DNA of 64,000 nucleotides from Marsupella aquatica (lineage: Eukaryota; Plantae; Marchantiophyta): positions 11,430,858 through 11,494,857 of the forward strand of contig OZ316895.1 of NCBI GenBank assembly GCA_973895155.1, in the 5' to 3' direction. Below, piece after piece: positions 48,839 through 62,790 of this stretch. The position numbers and the translations under genes were made by a program. A model generated the notes under the pieces. It ran no database searches. It was not told the DNA's origin and saw only the letters and a list, made by a program, of their open reading frames with translations. Positions within the stretch are counted from its first letter, which is position 1. Each line of letters starts with the position of its first letter.

Positions 48839-51800
48839 ATGGGGGGCGACTCGTTCGGTCCTTCTTCCCCTCTCGACCCCGACGTTGACGAATATGTGGA
48901 AGATTTTGTGTACGGTACTATGTCCTCGCTGATGGGAGAGCCGGACCAGCAGCAGCGTCAGTCCTGGATAGAGCCGAAAAATTTAAAGCTGATGCACCGA
49001 GTTGGCCGCGGCCTCTTCGGTGATGTGTGGCTTGCCAGGCTCCAAAACTCTACCGAAGAATTTGACGAATCCCATGAGGTAGCAGTCAAGATGCTGCCCG
49101 TCATCTCCGACGACAAGGTCTACACCGTGCTGGGGAGGTTTGAGAGCCTCTACCAAGCATCTAAAGGCTTGGAGCGCGTTAGCTGGCCCCGAGGCATTTC
49201 GGCGAAGAACGGAAAAGTAAGCATTGATACGTTCTCTCATGTTGTGCGTAGGAAAGAAATCAGCCAAAGGAGATAAGGTGATTAACGCTTCTTGTTTTGA
49301 GTAAGTGGGGGTTCGAAGCTGTCGCTGGTGTCTCCCAGGCGAGGCATTCATTTGACTATGCCGGTGGAATTTGTTTCCATGAAGAGATGTGTGGTACTTT
49401 TTGCTATACATCAATATAATTGCTCAATTTCTAGTGTAATCATAGAGTTAGACTTCGGTTGGATATGACAGAACCGATTTGTTGCCTGCCATGGGAAGAA
49501 GCAGTTTTACGCTGTTGATAGGCTTGTCCATCTTCGAGCCAGATGGCCCGCGGGTGGGCATTCGCCGGATGGTCATGAGTTCATCTCGCTCTGTCTGCTA
49601 AATTGGAATTTGGCTTGTGGTGAAGCCGATCTGGTGGTCAGGGTATTTGCTGCTTTCGCACACGCGAACGTTTGTTTCTTCTGGAGGCAGTGATTTGCTC
49701 CGATTAACTGCTTGCATATTGGCAGTTTTTTTCGAAGGAGTTCATTGCGATGCTTTTAAGGCTATCAGCTTCTGTGGTCGTTTTCCATATGGCCCTCCTA
49801 ATTGTCAGGAATGTCATGCCCATAGTTGCCTCATGACGGTAGACTAATGCACGCGATGACTACAAAATTTTCTTGGACCGAGTTCTTGCGTTAGATGGCC
49901 ACTCCAAGTGGTGCCATTGGTCATCCCGGTGACTCTTTGTTTCAAGAACAAGGACGTCTTATCTGTTACGAACGGTAGAATTGGATATCCAGGGTACGAG
50001 CAATATCTGGACAGTACCCGTACAGGAGAATTGCCTCAGTCCGTATCTTGTTTAGTAGATGAGTTTTTGAAGAAATTTCGTTGATGACTGACTCGTGATG
50101 CCGTTGTTTTGTGTTGTGTCGAAGGCCTGTATTATATTGAATTTCTATGAAGGATCAGTGGGTGATAAGATGGCGCGGCTCCCGGGAAACCGACTTTCTT
50201 TGAAAGATGCACTTAGGTGACTCCTCAGCTCATGCTACCATTACCTTTGTCAACCTCAATTGTAGTCATCGTAGTCCTCGTTATGTGCGTTGCAGGTGTG
50301 CGACCAGTTGGCAAACTCAATCTAAACATTTTAATCATCCAAAGCCTTCGGCTGTTTTGAGCAATGTTTTGACATACTCTGGCTTCTGAATGAATCACGA
50401 GGTCCATTTTTCCAGTGGATGTTGGGGAGGTCACCGTAGTCTAGGTACGTACTGATGGGACAAGACAAGTGTTAGGAGGCAAAACAGATCCGAGCAATGC
50501 AAATAACAGCACTTTTCCTATGTCTCCTTCGTGTTTCAGTCAAAGCGTCTTGTGTCGAAACTTAGCTAATTCTGAAGAGATCAAGTAGCGTTTCGTGAAA
50601 TCAATCGTATCGGACCGGATGGGAACTATTAATTTTCTGTTCATTGTGCTATTTTTGGTTTTGACAAGTTCACAAGAGTTATTAGTTGAAGAAATGGGTC
50701 GACTCTCTTCTCGGCATCCTCAAACACGAGCTGAGGTCGGAACAGTACTCTAGGACCTAACGAAGCGAATTTGCTGTCCCCGGGGACTAGATTGAATGGA
50801 TGCGGAAATGATATGATTTGTAGGTCAAACAGAACGCCACCGGCTCATAGGGTTTGCCCTTATTTGGTCACAGTCAAAACTGTGATACGATCTGTCTATG
50901 GGCCTGAGGATGGCACAGTAACAGTTCAGTTACGAGAGCCAAGGATTCTTCATCCATGAATGATAACGTCTTGTTGTGCTGCTTGATTGTGGATAGGTAT
51001 GGGGAAGACCTCATCGAAGGTATAATGGAGCTACATTCGTGTGGATTGCTTGCTCTTAACCTGAAACCCTGCAATTTTCTTCTGGATAATCAAGACTCGG
51101 CCATTCTTGGAGAGTTTGGAACCCCAATATTATGTTTTGACAATTCGGCGACAAAATCCCAGCCTGTTCCATGGATGGGAACACCAAATTACATGGCACC
51201 AGAACAGTGGGACCCTTCTCTCAGGGGTCCCATATCCAATGAAACTGATGCCTGGGGCTTTGCAGCGAGCATGATTGAGATGGTAACAGGCACCAAGCCT
51301 TGGGATGGCAAGACGGCTGACGAAATATACGACGCTGTGGTAGTCAGACGCCAGAAACCAGCGCTTCCTGGGGAGCTTCCATCTGCAGTTTATAAAGTGT
51401 TGAAGGCGTGTTTCGAGTATGACTATCGCCTGCGCCCACATTTTAAGGACATCCTCAGTGCTTTTAAGAGGTAAACCACAAAGATAAGCCGACGTCCTTC
51501 AAATTGATCCTGTGTTCTATGACTCTCATTGGTCGCAGATTGCAGATTTTTATACACATGTGGACGTGAGCATAGCTCCACAGAAACGAGTTTATAGATC
51601 GATGGGAACAGTGCATTGTGGACATGTTTCAGACTTATTGCGTCAAATCATCTTGAAATCAAATCCCCCAGAAAATTATCTTTCTGAAAGCGGTAACTTA
51701 AGGATTTGCTTAGGCAGATTGCGAAACTGGCATCCGACCATTCCGTAACACCAAACAAAAGGCCTTCATTTATGAATTTATCGTGAACCTCGCTTCACTG

Positions 51801-53081
51801 GTAGATTTCTTGCCCATTATACAAGAGAATTTACTATCGTGGACTCCTACCACTGTTAGATACTGGCAGAGATTAATACGTTGCTGTATTTCTATAGAAT
51901 TCTTAACACACATGGATTGATTTATGTGATACCATTAGGATCTTAGGTTAAGTACAATAACAATACTTGTTCTCACCTTTTCGTTTTGATTATTGTTTTC
52001 CATGTGCAGCCCAGATGAGATTTTTAAGGAAGGAGACTGGATCTGTGTAAGAGACAGGCCATCAGGTGATTGTACAAAAATCGGAATTGTAAAGGCAGTA
52101 GTTGGTTCCGATAGTGTCTATCTACAATCTTGCGACAAACCTGGTGAGCGACTCCAGATTACCGGTGCTGGTCGTCTTTCTTTATGGAAAGATAAGTTTC
52201 AAATTAATGATCTTGTCAAGGTGAAGCAATCTGTACTGGAACCACGATTTGGATGGCCCCAAGGAAGTGATAGAACTCAGGGCTTTGTGAAGGGGTTCAA
52301 GGACCAAGATGGTATCGTTTTAGTTGGCTTTCCGGGATCAATAGTGGTGTGGAGGGCAGACCCAATTGAACTTGAGCGTGTCTCAGCAGGCTTTGTTCCT
52401 GGCGACTGGGTGTTTCTACGAGGTGGCTGGCCAATGGATGCCGATGCTGCAGCAGCTGGACGTCGAATTTCACGTATTGGAGTGGTCCATTATGTGGAAA
52501 GTGATGGCAACCTGAAGGTTGCCTTTCAGGGTCGTGAGACTCTTTGGACAGGAGTGCCAACAGACTTTGAGAAAGTTCTTCCCCTATCCGTGGGACAATT
52601 CATCCGATTGCGAAGTGATGTTGGCAAACCTCATTTTGATTGGCTCATCAAAGAGCATGGTGGCTGGGACATGGGTCGCATTGTCAATATTGTACCTAAT
52701 GGTGGCCTGCAGGTTGAGTTCCCTGGCCGTTTCTGGAATTCGAAAGGGTGGTGGGCTGATCCTGATGAAGTTGAAGTTGTCCGAATCCAAGAGATTGAAG
52801 GTGTTGTGCAGAAATACCAACATGTTGAGTCCATGCACTGGGGCATCCGTCCGCTGCTCTCGTTGATCGGAGTCTTAGTGGCTGCTCGTGTGGGAATTAT
52901 TGTTGTCAACGTGGTTTCAAAACCTTTTCAAGGAAACAAAGGAGAGGAGCAAACAAAGCTAGCTGAACAGAAGCAAGCCCCTGTGGAGACTAAAGAATGC
53001 ACAAATCCAGCAAACCCAGCTTGGCTGCCTCCACAGGTGGCCACTCTTATATTTAGAGAAGGAAGCTCTACTGCTCGATGA
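48839..53081 (+). CDS. KOC1: KEG-like protein kinase with HERC2-like SH3 repeats and C-terminal transmembrane anchor (KOC1-like). Exons 48839-49216, 50125-50216, 50997-51470, 52010-53081
   Basis: GRGLFGDVW, HEVAVKML, FYEGSVGDKMARL, LNLKPCNFLL, GTPNYMAPEQW, ETDAWGF; then GDW / PRFGW repeats; then hydrophobic LLSLIGVLVAARVGIIVVNVV. A 5'UTR intron spans ~48203-48773. Confidence 0.9.
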
Positions 53082-53958
53082 AAGGATTACTTCTTCCTTG
53101 GAGAGGCAGTGGGGTCAAAGAAGTGTATTTACCGATGGATTGTAGATGTGTATATTAATGTAAAGAAAGAGTTAAACCTGCATTGTAGATTAAAAGCTGG
53201 TAGTGGTATGCGATTTTCTGTTTTCTCTAGCTAAAAGTTAGCTTGCTGGCCCCGTAGAGCTAACTGAGGCACTACAGGGATCCCTTGCTTGTGATATCGC
53301 GGTTGCAACTGCTTTTATAAATGTGTATAGAAAGTCATTTTGAAAATTTCTAGTCTCCATTTGCATTCTGGCAAAAGTACAGTTCGGTTTAATCGACTCA
53401 GTAGACCCTTATTCTATAACAGGATAAGGGATTTGCTTTTTACATGGAAACAGTGAAGGGTCTGTTTGTTACTGTGTTGATGATGCTCAATACGAGCAAA
53501 AGTTGGGGTTGTGGTAGATGAAAACGAGCTACATTCGATTCCAAGCCAACGAGAAGGAACTGATTCCCCTATGTTCTGCACATTCTTGGCAGGTAGTCTT
53601 AGAGCGGGATCCACCTCCATCTCGTCTTTTGCATTGAAAGAGTTTTCCTGACTTGCTGCATCTAGCATGTAATCTTCGAGATCGTTCTAGATGATAATAT
53701 ACACTGGATTGGGCCCGTTATCGACTCTTGTAGAACTGGTCTCTTCCACGAGTGATGTGTCCAATCGTTACTAATCCATTCTCAGATAGAATTCAACAAT
53801 GAGAAACGTGGCCGTAAATAGATCGATGTATGGTACAGAAGGAATTCGGGTTTCTGCTGTTGGGTCGCAAATGAACGGAATGAGGTTGGAAAGAGTCTAT
53901 AGACTTACTGAGAGCAAGCTGAGGATGATAGCGATAAACCCGATATTTGTGGTTGTTC

Positions 53959-54158
53959 TTTGAAGCCGGTGGAATTGCTCCAAGTTGAACGCGAACAGCG
54001 GCCACACGAAGTTTTTTAAATGTTTCTCAATGGCTGTTTCGCTCTGTTTTACAACATTTTTGAAGCCAGTGAAATTGCTCCAAGTTGAACGCGAACAGCA
54101 GCCACACAAAGTTTTTTAAATGTTTCTCAATGGCTGTTTCGGTCTCTTTCACAACATT
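53959..54158. repeat. 100-bp tandem duplication
   Basis: TTTGAAGCC.GTG.AATTGCTCCAAGTTGAACGCGAACAGC at ~53959 and ~54059. Confidence 0.9.
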
Positions 54159-55633
54159 CCAGTATCTTCATTCATTTTCTTAAAGAGTCCAGTGTCATCT
54201 AAGGGAACATTACCCTATTTTCCTTGAGCTCGTTATAGACTCATTATCGTCCAAGATAACAACGCAGTGTCTTCTTGGAGTTTCCAGTACTCGAGTGTGG
54301 TGCAAGTCGAAGCATCTTGTGGGAAGCAAGGCCTTAGTATTGCCCAGTTGTCTCATGCTACTGGGCATGGCAATGCAGGACTCTCACTAAATTTGTCCTC
54401 AAGGAATATGCAATGTGTGATACGACTGCCTACCTGTTCAACATGTCCTCTGATATGTCACCTACTGAGTTCTTGAAGATAATTCCTGATCAAACTCAAC
54501 AGCTACACTTGAAAGCAAATATGAAAACCCCCTGACGACTAATCAGAGGAGTCAAAGAACTTCCAGGATGCTCTCGTGATTGAATCTACCGGCAGTATTT
54601 CCCGGCGAATAATGTAGCCTATTACTACCCAAGAAGGTAGAGGGATGCAATACAGGTGCGATGTTTATACAATACACTTCCGGATCCACAAATACAGGTA
54701 ACCGAACAAACGGTAGAATAGGTCACTGCACACCCAGCATGCAACGCGGCAAGAAAGAAAAGACAGAAGGGACACACCATGCCAATCCCAAAAGCCACTA
54801 CTGGCAAACGGGACATGGTTTACAGATGACAAGTCAACAATCAAACCAGCAGTTGTTAACAAAAAGGTCTGAATCTCAAATCCAGACAATACCTACCAGC
54901 AATGCACAGCCTTGCTACGGATTGCTGAAGAAACAATTATCTGTCACTTCAACCTGTGTGCTTGACTATGTAATCAATAACGAATTATGAGCAGCTCCTG
55001 TACTCAAATCACTAATTTGAACAGGTACAATCGCTAGTGCTGCTCGATCTGTAAGAGCTAAATGAGGTTGGAACTACTTCAAGTGCATATCCCCTGGTTA
55101 GATAAACCAACGGCATCGCAGAAGAACTCATTCCGTAAAGGCCCCGCGTCAGGTTAGCTTTAGCAGTTATTGCTGTAAACAAAATCTTGCCAATGAAATT
55201 GCTGATAGCAATTCATCTGAGCGCGACATTCTGACGATTGTCATAGACCCAAGTGAGTGGGCCCTGAAAAATGCAACTGCCGTTTGTAGCAAGATCTTAG
55301 TGAGCTGGTAGTAGACGAAACTACTGCACGAGGTACGGTAGTCATCGCTATGGCACAAGAAGGTTGATTCCAGATCGAACGCTCCCCTTCATTTCTGTAC
55401 ATCTAAGAGCCCTCTCTTGGGGACTAAGAAGATGAATCTTACTCAAATCCAAGACAAATTGGACAAAAACTGCCGGTGAAAGAAAACGATCTCGCGCTGC
55501 TAGACACACTTGAACATCTACACCAACCTCTTCTCTGCCAATCATTTGAGACAGCCGCAAAACTGAGCGAATGGAACGTGCGAAGAACTTTGATCACACA
55601 GATGTGTTTCACACATCTACGACTTTCCCGATA

Positions 55634-55978
55634 CTAATCCATCTTCTTCAGTTCCTGCTTCCCATACTTCTTCAATTCTGCTTGAGTGACTCTCCGTTCC
55701 TGCTTTTCTATCAACGATATGGCCTTCATGACAGCCTTCTGCTTCCGTATCTTCACTGCCTTCCGTTTCTGGGGCCCCTTCTTGCCAATTCTCCCGCCCC
55801 CGGTACCAAGGAACTTTGAAGCGGCAGTGCTGTCTGTGACTACAACCTCCATCGTATCCATAGCATCCATAGATTGCGCGACCGCTGCTCCACCAGACCT
55901 GACGTTATCCTTGGCAACATCCATGGCCGTGGAACCGACGAGTCGTTTCACCTTATTTTTCTTCTTGGATTTTGCCAT
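55634..55978 (-). CDS. Small basic conserved plant protein (114 aa), possibly an Alb1/Ecm1-like ribosome biogenesis factor
   Basis: MAKSKKKNK...AMDTME...KKGPQKRKAVKIRKQKAVMKAIS..EK. Intronless, with a telo-box upstream. Confidence 0.7.
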   Translation of the reverse strand: MAKSKKKNKVKRLVGSTAMDVAKDNVRSGGAAVAQSMDAMDTMEVVVTDSTAASKFLGTGGGRIGKKGPQKRKAVKIRKQKAVMKAISLIEKQERRVTQAELKKYGKQELKKMD

Positions 55979-56177
55979 AGCGTCCGGAAAATCTCTGCCC
56001 CTCACTATATCGTGCTAGAACGAATGACCTTTCAGAATTCAGCGCGATTTGTCACTTCCTCTCAGCTCTAAGGAAAGCTCAAAGTGTAGCAAGCTCGTTG
56101 TAGCCTCAGCTGGAACGAAACAAATTCTCTGCTTGGTGGGTTCCCTCCCACGAGATCTCTGCAGCAGTAATTATTTA

Positions 56178-56204
56178 AACCCCAAACCCCAAACCCTAAA
56201 CCCT
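56178..56204. promoter_or_regulatory. Telo-box (AAACCCTAA) within a short degenerate AAACCCY run upstream of the small basic gene
   Basis: AAACCCCAAACCCCAAACCCTAAACCCT lies about 210 bp 5' of the ATG at 55978. Confidence 0.5.
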
Positions 56205-59026
56205 GCAGCACAAGTCAAGGAGGAAAGACTCTGCTCCTGATTTATGGAACGGGACAAAGAAAGCTTCGCTGAATTGCCAACAAATTGGAACCCTGTTTGC
56301 TCTTGCGTGTTTTTTTGTCACTGCCAAGACCCCATACCCTAAAACGGACTGGGACCCTCGATGAGCATGGGCTCTATACATTTCAAAGTGCCAAAAAAAC
56401 AAAAACAAAAACAAAGGGTTCACTCGATGAGCTGGCTCTATATATTTCAAACTGCCAAAATAAACAAAGGGCTTCCTCCCGCAAAAGACCCAATCAAGGG
56501 TGTACAACTAATGAGCATCTCCAAGGGTTTAGCGGTCACTGACTGCTGTCCTGTTGAATAACCTGGGGAAGTACCTGCCATTTTACGGAGCCGGGTAGCG
56601 GCCAAAGTCCACAACGCCGCTGCTTCCACCCCAAAGTTGATCGTCATTCTCTGACCCAATGTTTGAACCCTTGAAGTTGCGGTTCGAACCACCCTGGCCC
56701 AGCCTGCCTGTGCTGAATTGTTCACTTTCTACCACGAAACCTTTGAAGAATGTCAAAACTTTCGACCTTCTTCACACAACAGGACCTTTACCCTCTGCCC
56801 TTCTGATAGTGGACGAATTGAGCTTTGCGATTGTGTACTCGAAGTGCTCTCACATTTTGCCATGTGGGCTGCTGCTGGCCATCGATGCCTATGGAGGCCT
56901 TGTCTCCAGCATAGAATGCCGACCTCCTTCCAGGGCAAATCTGGTGGCAGGCAGGCAGAGAATAGACATCGAGCCCACCAAACTTTTGGAGGTTGCGGGG
57001 TACAGTGGGAGGCTGGTTTGCAAAACATGGCCACTATATGGATATTTGGCGGATAGGGTGTAGAAAAATGACATTGTTGGAGATACTCTAAAGGGACAAA
57101 AAGCCAGGCTGAAAATCAACGCCAGAACCACCAAGGACCCCAACGCCTACCTGTCCGTAAATTGAAAGCCTGGTAGAGCTTGGGTGTGAACTTCATAGGA
57201 CAGTCAAGCAAGTGAATCCTAGTAGAGGCAATCAACTGCCTCACCCTTACAAAGAATAATGAATGTTTGTGCCCACTGAAATTCAACACACACTGTGTAA
57301 AAAAGGCCATGATAATACACACTAGGGTAAAGGCTCTTGATTAGGGGATATTGTGAAAATGATCATAATTTTGGGGGGAATGATAAACTACTGGCACTAG
57401 AGCTTTAACCCAAAGGGTTTTGCTAATGGGTACATTTAACTTTCCATTATGACATTGTCCTCTTTTTAGTTCACTAGTATCTAATTATAGTATCTGTCAT
57501 AGCATGGCCAACTGAAAACCAGTCCCAACCCTGACTGGGTAGTTTCCCTGTACAGCAGGTATTAGCATTTGACATCTGTAAAATGGAATCTTGAAACCTA
57601 GCAACTAGCCCAGTAAAGAGTCAACTAGTGTAGAACCTCTTTCATATACAGATCAAGTGACCAAAAATCTAGTTCCTGAAAACCCATAGCATCCCATTGG
57701 GTGAGTTGGACCTGTCTTTCTATATTTTCTTTACTGGGTTTGGTCAACATTGGGGTGGAGATGTTCTTAGAGCATTCCCACTGGCCCGCCCACCGGTAGC
57801 AATAAAGGCTTGGCGTTTTGGACACTCTATTCCAACAAAGTAATCCCCACTAAGACGCACCAGGTTGGAGCCTTCTCCCGAGCCTTTTCTCTCGGCCTGC
57901 CCCCAAACTTGCCTCTCCCATGCCAACACTAGCAAGCCTGCCCCCATGCCTTGCCAAATGCTTGGTAGAGATGTATTGATCTTTGCCACACAGGACAGTC
58001 CTGCAGTTGTGTCAGCAAGTTGAGGCATTTGGGTGGGTACATTCACATGCATTTCAAGGGCTTGGATAGCCAAATGGGTGGGGGCTCGTGTTGCGCAACT
58101 CACCATACAGGTAGGGTTGTGCCAAAGTGTACGTCATCTACTAACATGTTTATCAAGTCAAATTTAGCTTGACCGGTGGGAATGCTTTTGTACCCTGTGA
58201 AAAAGCAAAACATTACTCTACTATTTCAGTCTTTCAATTTTTAAAATAATGTGGTGTTGACCCTTTTGAGGTTCCACAAGCACTCTTAACTCTTTGGTCA
58301 GGTCCAAAATCTAATGTTTATTTGTTTTTTGCATTCACTCCAGCCCAAGTTAGCAGTGCTCACCCCCCTCTCTCCATGCCCTACCTTACTGACTGCCTGA
58401 AAACACTGCATAGACAAGAGGCTGTATGTGACTGTAAAGTATGTGCAATGAGAGCTGTGCATGATATATATACAGGCAGCTGTGGATAAAATACACCAGT
58501 CAGGTTCCCTAATGTCACCCCAATTTTATAAATTCACCCAAAACTAATCTACCTAAGTCACTTAGACTCTTCCTATTTTAGAAAGTTTTGGATCAGCCAG
58601 TAGTTAGACTTTAGATTTTTCCCTGCTATGCAACAGAAGCATCTTCAATTTCCAGCTAGTATAATTTTGCCTACTTTTATAGAGAACTCAAAGACTTAAG
58701 GATTTCCAAAGATCTCCTGTATAATGTGTATCATCTGAGCAGAAAAGAGGATTTTGCTACAATCCATTTTTGTTACAAAACTCCATCAAATTGCTTTGGC
58801 AAACATGGATGTCCATAGGGGCTTTAACTTCAAAGTTTCAATTGTGGGAACTAAGCAATAAACAAATATGTTCCAATATTTACTCATACTTGTATGACTC
58901 ATTTTGTCCATTTTCAAACTCAAACAAGTCACTTTGGCTGGATTAAAAACGGGATTGTAGAGTTGTCCGAGTGAATTTAGGAAATTATGGGATGGATTTA
59001 GCATTTTCAGTTTTTGGTTTCTTATT

Positions 59027-60230
59027 TATGGACCCCATGAGAGGTCCCTTCCAAAATTCCTGGCACCAGAGCATGCCACGTCAACAACAATCGCAACAAA
59101 CAAGACTCTTCGGTTTTGTGAATCAAATTTACAATTCTCATTCGTGTTTGCGTCAATTTTGGTGTAATTTTGGGACGCCATGCCGTAAAAAGAAATGTAA
59201 AAATTTAGAAATACAAAGAGCAAGATGGGTAAAACTGTCACTATGTAACCATTTTAGTTACGTATCCAATTTTAAAAGTTAAATTCAAAGATTTGAAAAG
59301 AATTTTTCATATAATAAAGAATGACTAATAACTAACTTGATAATTTCCTTGTTAACGGGTAACTAGCACATGGAGTAATATTTCCTTCCTTTTGCAATTT
59401 AGGCAAACTGCCATGGTCGGAACTTGAACTCAATGAATTGGTACAATTCATTTGATCAAACATTGATCTGGTTTCAAATGGACTTGCCACGACTTGACTA
59501 TTGACTCTCTTGAGAATTTGGTTGCATGTAGCGAAAAGGCCTGATTTTGACAACTGCTTGTGATAAATCAGAATTTCACAAGTCTGAAACTAGCCAAAGT
59601 CAGAATCAGATTTCACAATTCTAGAGATTTCTAGAATTTCCAATTATTTGAAAGTACATTGACAAATCTTTTACAAATTAACAGGGCTCAACTACTAGAA
59701 AGCTTAAGGTTCGTTGTTGAGAAAAGCAGTCTTCTCAATTGAACTTGAGAAAGTAGTTTTCTCAACTCAAAGTGCCCATGGCACTTTAGTGGTCGAATAT
59801 AGTGCCATCCAATGCCCAAATCAACTAACTAAAAAAAACTGAGCCTTGGGTTTATTAATGTTCTAAAATTAGCTAAAATATCTCATATATCTTAAGTGTT
59901 TTAATGCCTGCTAGCAGTAGCAGAGCATTATGAACCATATTAGCCTCTCAAAACTCAAGCTAAAAGCACTCATTTTTTTTGTCATTGTGAAGACTTGCAA
60001 AATCACATTTGGATGAGGTAATTTATATCTTATATTTTCACTAAAATTTGTAAAATTATCTCAGCAAAATAGCGTGTGTTACCAGATCTTTTTGGACCAT
60101 AATAGACTCACACAACTTGAGCTAAAGCTAATATCACATATATTATTTTTACTGAAACAAGGCCTAAAAAATGTAACTAGGGGGTCCACGAACTAATTTT
60201 GGAAATAGAGTAAAGCAAGTTATGGCCAAT
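59027..60230. repeat. Dispersed repeat homologous to 46138-47300 (non-autonomous DNA-TE remnant)
   Basis: Shares ATGG.CCCCAT.AGAGGTCC.TTCCAAAATTCCTGGC and GCCATG.CGTAAAAA.. blocks, with an inverted GGGGTCCAC near 60181. Confidence 0.5.
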
Positions 60231-61740
60231 AATGTTTTTATGAAGCTGTCCCACCAAGCAGAGCACCTGGAGCCACTTGGCATCCTTCATTAGATGAGAG
60301 GGGGAGACCCTGCAATAATGCATAGGGTAAGAGCAGCTGGGTGATAGCCCAACTGAAGGTGTTGTTTGGAGATATTGTCCTCATGGTAGGGCATTATGAT
60401 ATTATGGGGCTCATAATTTTTGGTAAAATTTGTTGATAATTGATGAACTGATGAAGGGACTGAAGGTTCCTTCCCTTGTGATTGCCTTGGACATGGCATT
60501 CTCAGCTCTGTCTCTTATCTCACACACAACATTGCTTTCCATAAATTACTTAAAACAGTTTCTACTAACCTGGCCCCCAAACTACCCGATATTACTAATG
60601 TACCCCCAAATTTTTTTTAATTATAAACCAGTCCCCCATTTTGTATCAGGGTCAGTATTAACTCGTATACGGGTTCCCGTTGCCAAATTAAAAAGTAAGG
60701 TTTATGTCGCAAACAGTTGATGACTTTGACAACCCTGCCAAGTACAGGGTCAAGTAAGTAGTCAAGACATCAGCACATTTTGAAAATGTGCAATGTGCTC
60801 ATGAAATTTGTAACATTTTTCGTAAGCAATGGGCTTGAATACATAATATGGGAGCGATGGAGTCATGCAAATGTTTTTGATCACACCTTCCACCTCATTG
60901 ATCTGACTTGCTTTCAATTGGGCTGAGATTGGGGCTTCAAGATGAAGAAGTTGCATTCTTCTCAAGGCAATGAGTGAGCCATTCAGACAACATTAAACTG
61001 AACGGAGGTCATTTTCAAAAAACACTACTTGATGTCTTGACTACCTTCTCCACAGGGTAGTCAAAGTCTTCAACTGCGATTGGCAACCAGTTCCTTTTTC
61101 TTTTTAGTGTAAAATTAGGTATGACTTTACGCAGTCCATGGGGATGGGCAGGGACGAGGCATTGGTCCATCCGGGCTTCATATTCCTAGTTTTCTGGATG
61201 GGTCTTCTGCTCCGCGCGCTTAAAAATAATAGGTATTTACTCTCTGATGCAAAGTCTAGGAAAAACAAGAAAAAATCTGCTCCATTCATCTCATTTAGTG
61301 TTAGCAAAGAATTTGTGTTGTGTTACTTCCAAATTTGAGTTTGTAACACTAACTCATTTGGGATCTAAAAGAGAGCCTAGGTAGCCCAAGAATTAGTGTC
61401 ACTTCCAAATTAATATTAATAACACTTGGCGGGATCAAAATCAGAGCCTTTGTAATGCTAATTAACATAGATGTGTTAAATTTTAGAGATGCACACTAAA
61501 AGGTGTCTTTTGCCATAAGGAACCTAGTGATGCTAACCTTGGCTTGCATATCCTGGCCATCAGCATGCATGCTTTGTCTATTTAGTGTTAAAATCAATGT
61601 GAAAACCGAGTGTGAAAACCTGTCATTTAGTGGTATGTAACATGATTAGATGTGCAGCTACTACTTACACTAGCAGGACTTTGTTAGTGGGTGTAACTTT
61701 GACTCATTGTTATGAAGCCAATTAGGCATAGGAAGAGCTT

Positions 61741-61913
61741 AGCTCTCCCTATCTCTCAACTTGCTCTATAACAATCAGCCTAAGTTTCAGTTACTGACAA
61801 AGGCGTGTTGGTGATTGCAGTAGTAGCATATTTGACCTTAACCAAGCACCTGACTATGGTTAGCCTAACTTCAATTATATAGTAACTCTAGATGTACAAG
61901 TCAATGCCTAACA
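61741..61913 (-). mobile_element. 5' half of a related copia LTR
   Basis: AGCTCTCCCTATCTCTCAAC..ACAAT.AGCCTAAGTT matches sequence from 11942. It ends GCCTAACA, i.e. TGTTAGGC on the - strand. Confidence 0.65.
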
Positions 61914-62451
61914 TGCGAACTGATTCTCAATGCAGACACCGGTGCACTGGCCGGCCAAGTGAGTGGTGGCAACCCTTTCTTGGAACCACACATTTGGACC
62001 TTCAATGCAGCCAGCAACAGCCGTGTTGCATAAAACCTCCCTGGAACAGAAGGTTGGAGAAGGCAGTATCAATGTAGCTTGGATTTAGCAAGTAATACTA
62101 ATTTATGTGCGGAATCTGAATTGTTTTTTGGCGTGAATTAGTGTGAGTAAGAGCAGCCACAATGAACAGACCGTACAAATGCATGTTTTGACTTCTGAGT
62201 CAATTGTTAGTCCCAAGTGAAATGCTCCCAAGCTGGCAAAGGCTCTACCAGCACTTTAGTTGTAAGGAGCCAGGATAATGCACTGGTGAGAGTTAGTTAT
62301 CAATTGGGTGCTGGAGGCTTGGGACAAGTGAGAGTAAAAGATCCTTAACAACGGATATAAGAATGGGCATATAAAGGGTCACCAGAATACGGTCCTCTAG
62401 TATGGACATAACCAATTAGGTCCCCTTTCAAAGAAGAAAAAAGACAAATTT

Positions 62452-62790
62452 TGTGAGGCATTTACTCTTAGGTGTAGAGTTAAGACTGCAGTCAGGCTAA
62501 CCTTAGTCATAACCTCTTTTAAGGTTAGTCGTGTGCTGCATCCTAAATACCCCAACAATGTTTGCTTGAGGAGGAGGAACCCATGCTCATTGTTAAGGAG
62601 TCACTCGAGAGATAGGGAGAGTTTGTGTTGTGGAGACTTGGTATGGCCGACAAGCCTAGAGTGCAATAAAGATTCCATGTGTTTGCGTGGATGTAGCCTC
62701 ATTGGAGGTGAACCACATATCTCTTTGTGTCAACTACTTCTTCGTTGATGTTCATATGCATGTCGTTGCGAGTCGCATCTTTACTCAATA
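62452..62790 (+). mobile_element. Solo copia LTR (339 bp) with 5-bp TSD AATTT
   Basis: TG...TA termini (CA mutated). AATTT at 62447-62451 and 62791-62795. Homologous to 11774-12116 and 45564-45904. Confidence 0.8.

Noticed and set aside
56447-58106. Cluster of 85-134-aa ORFs
   Set aside because: No domain motifs or consistent exon chain could be assembled.
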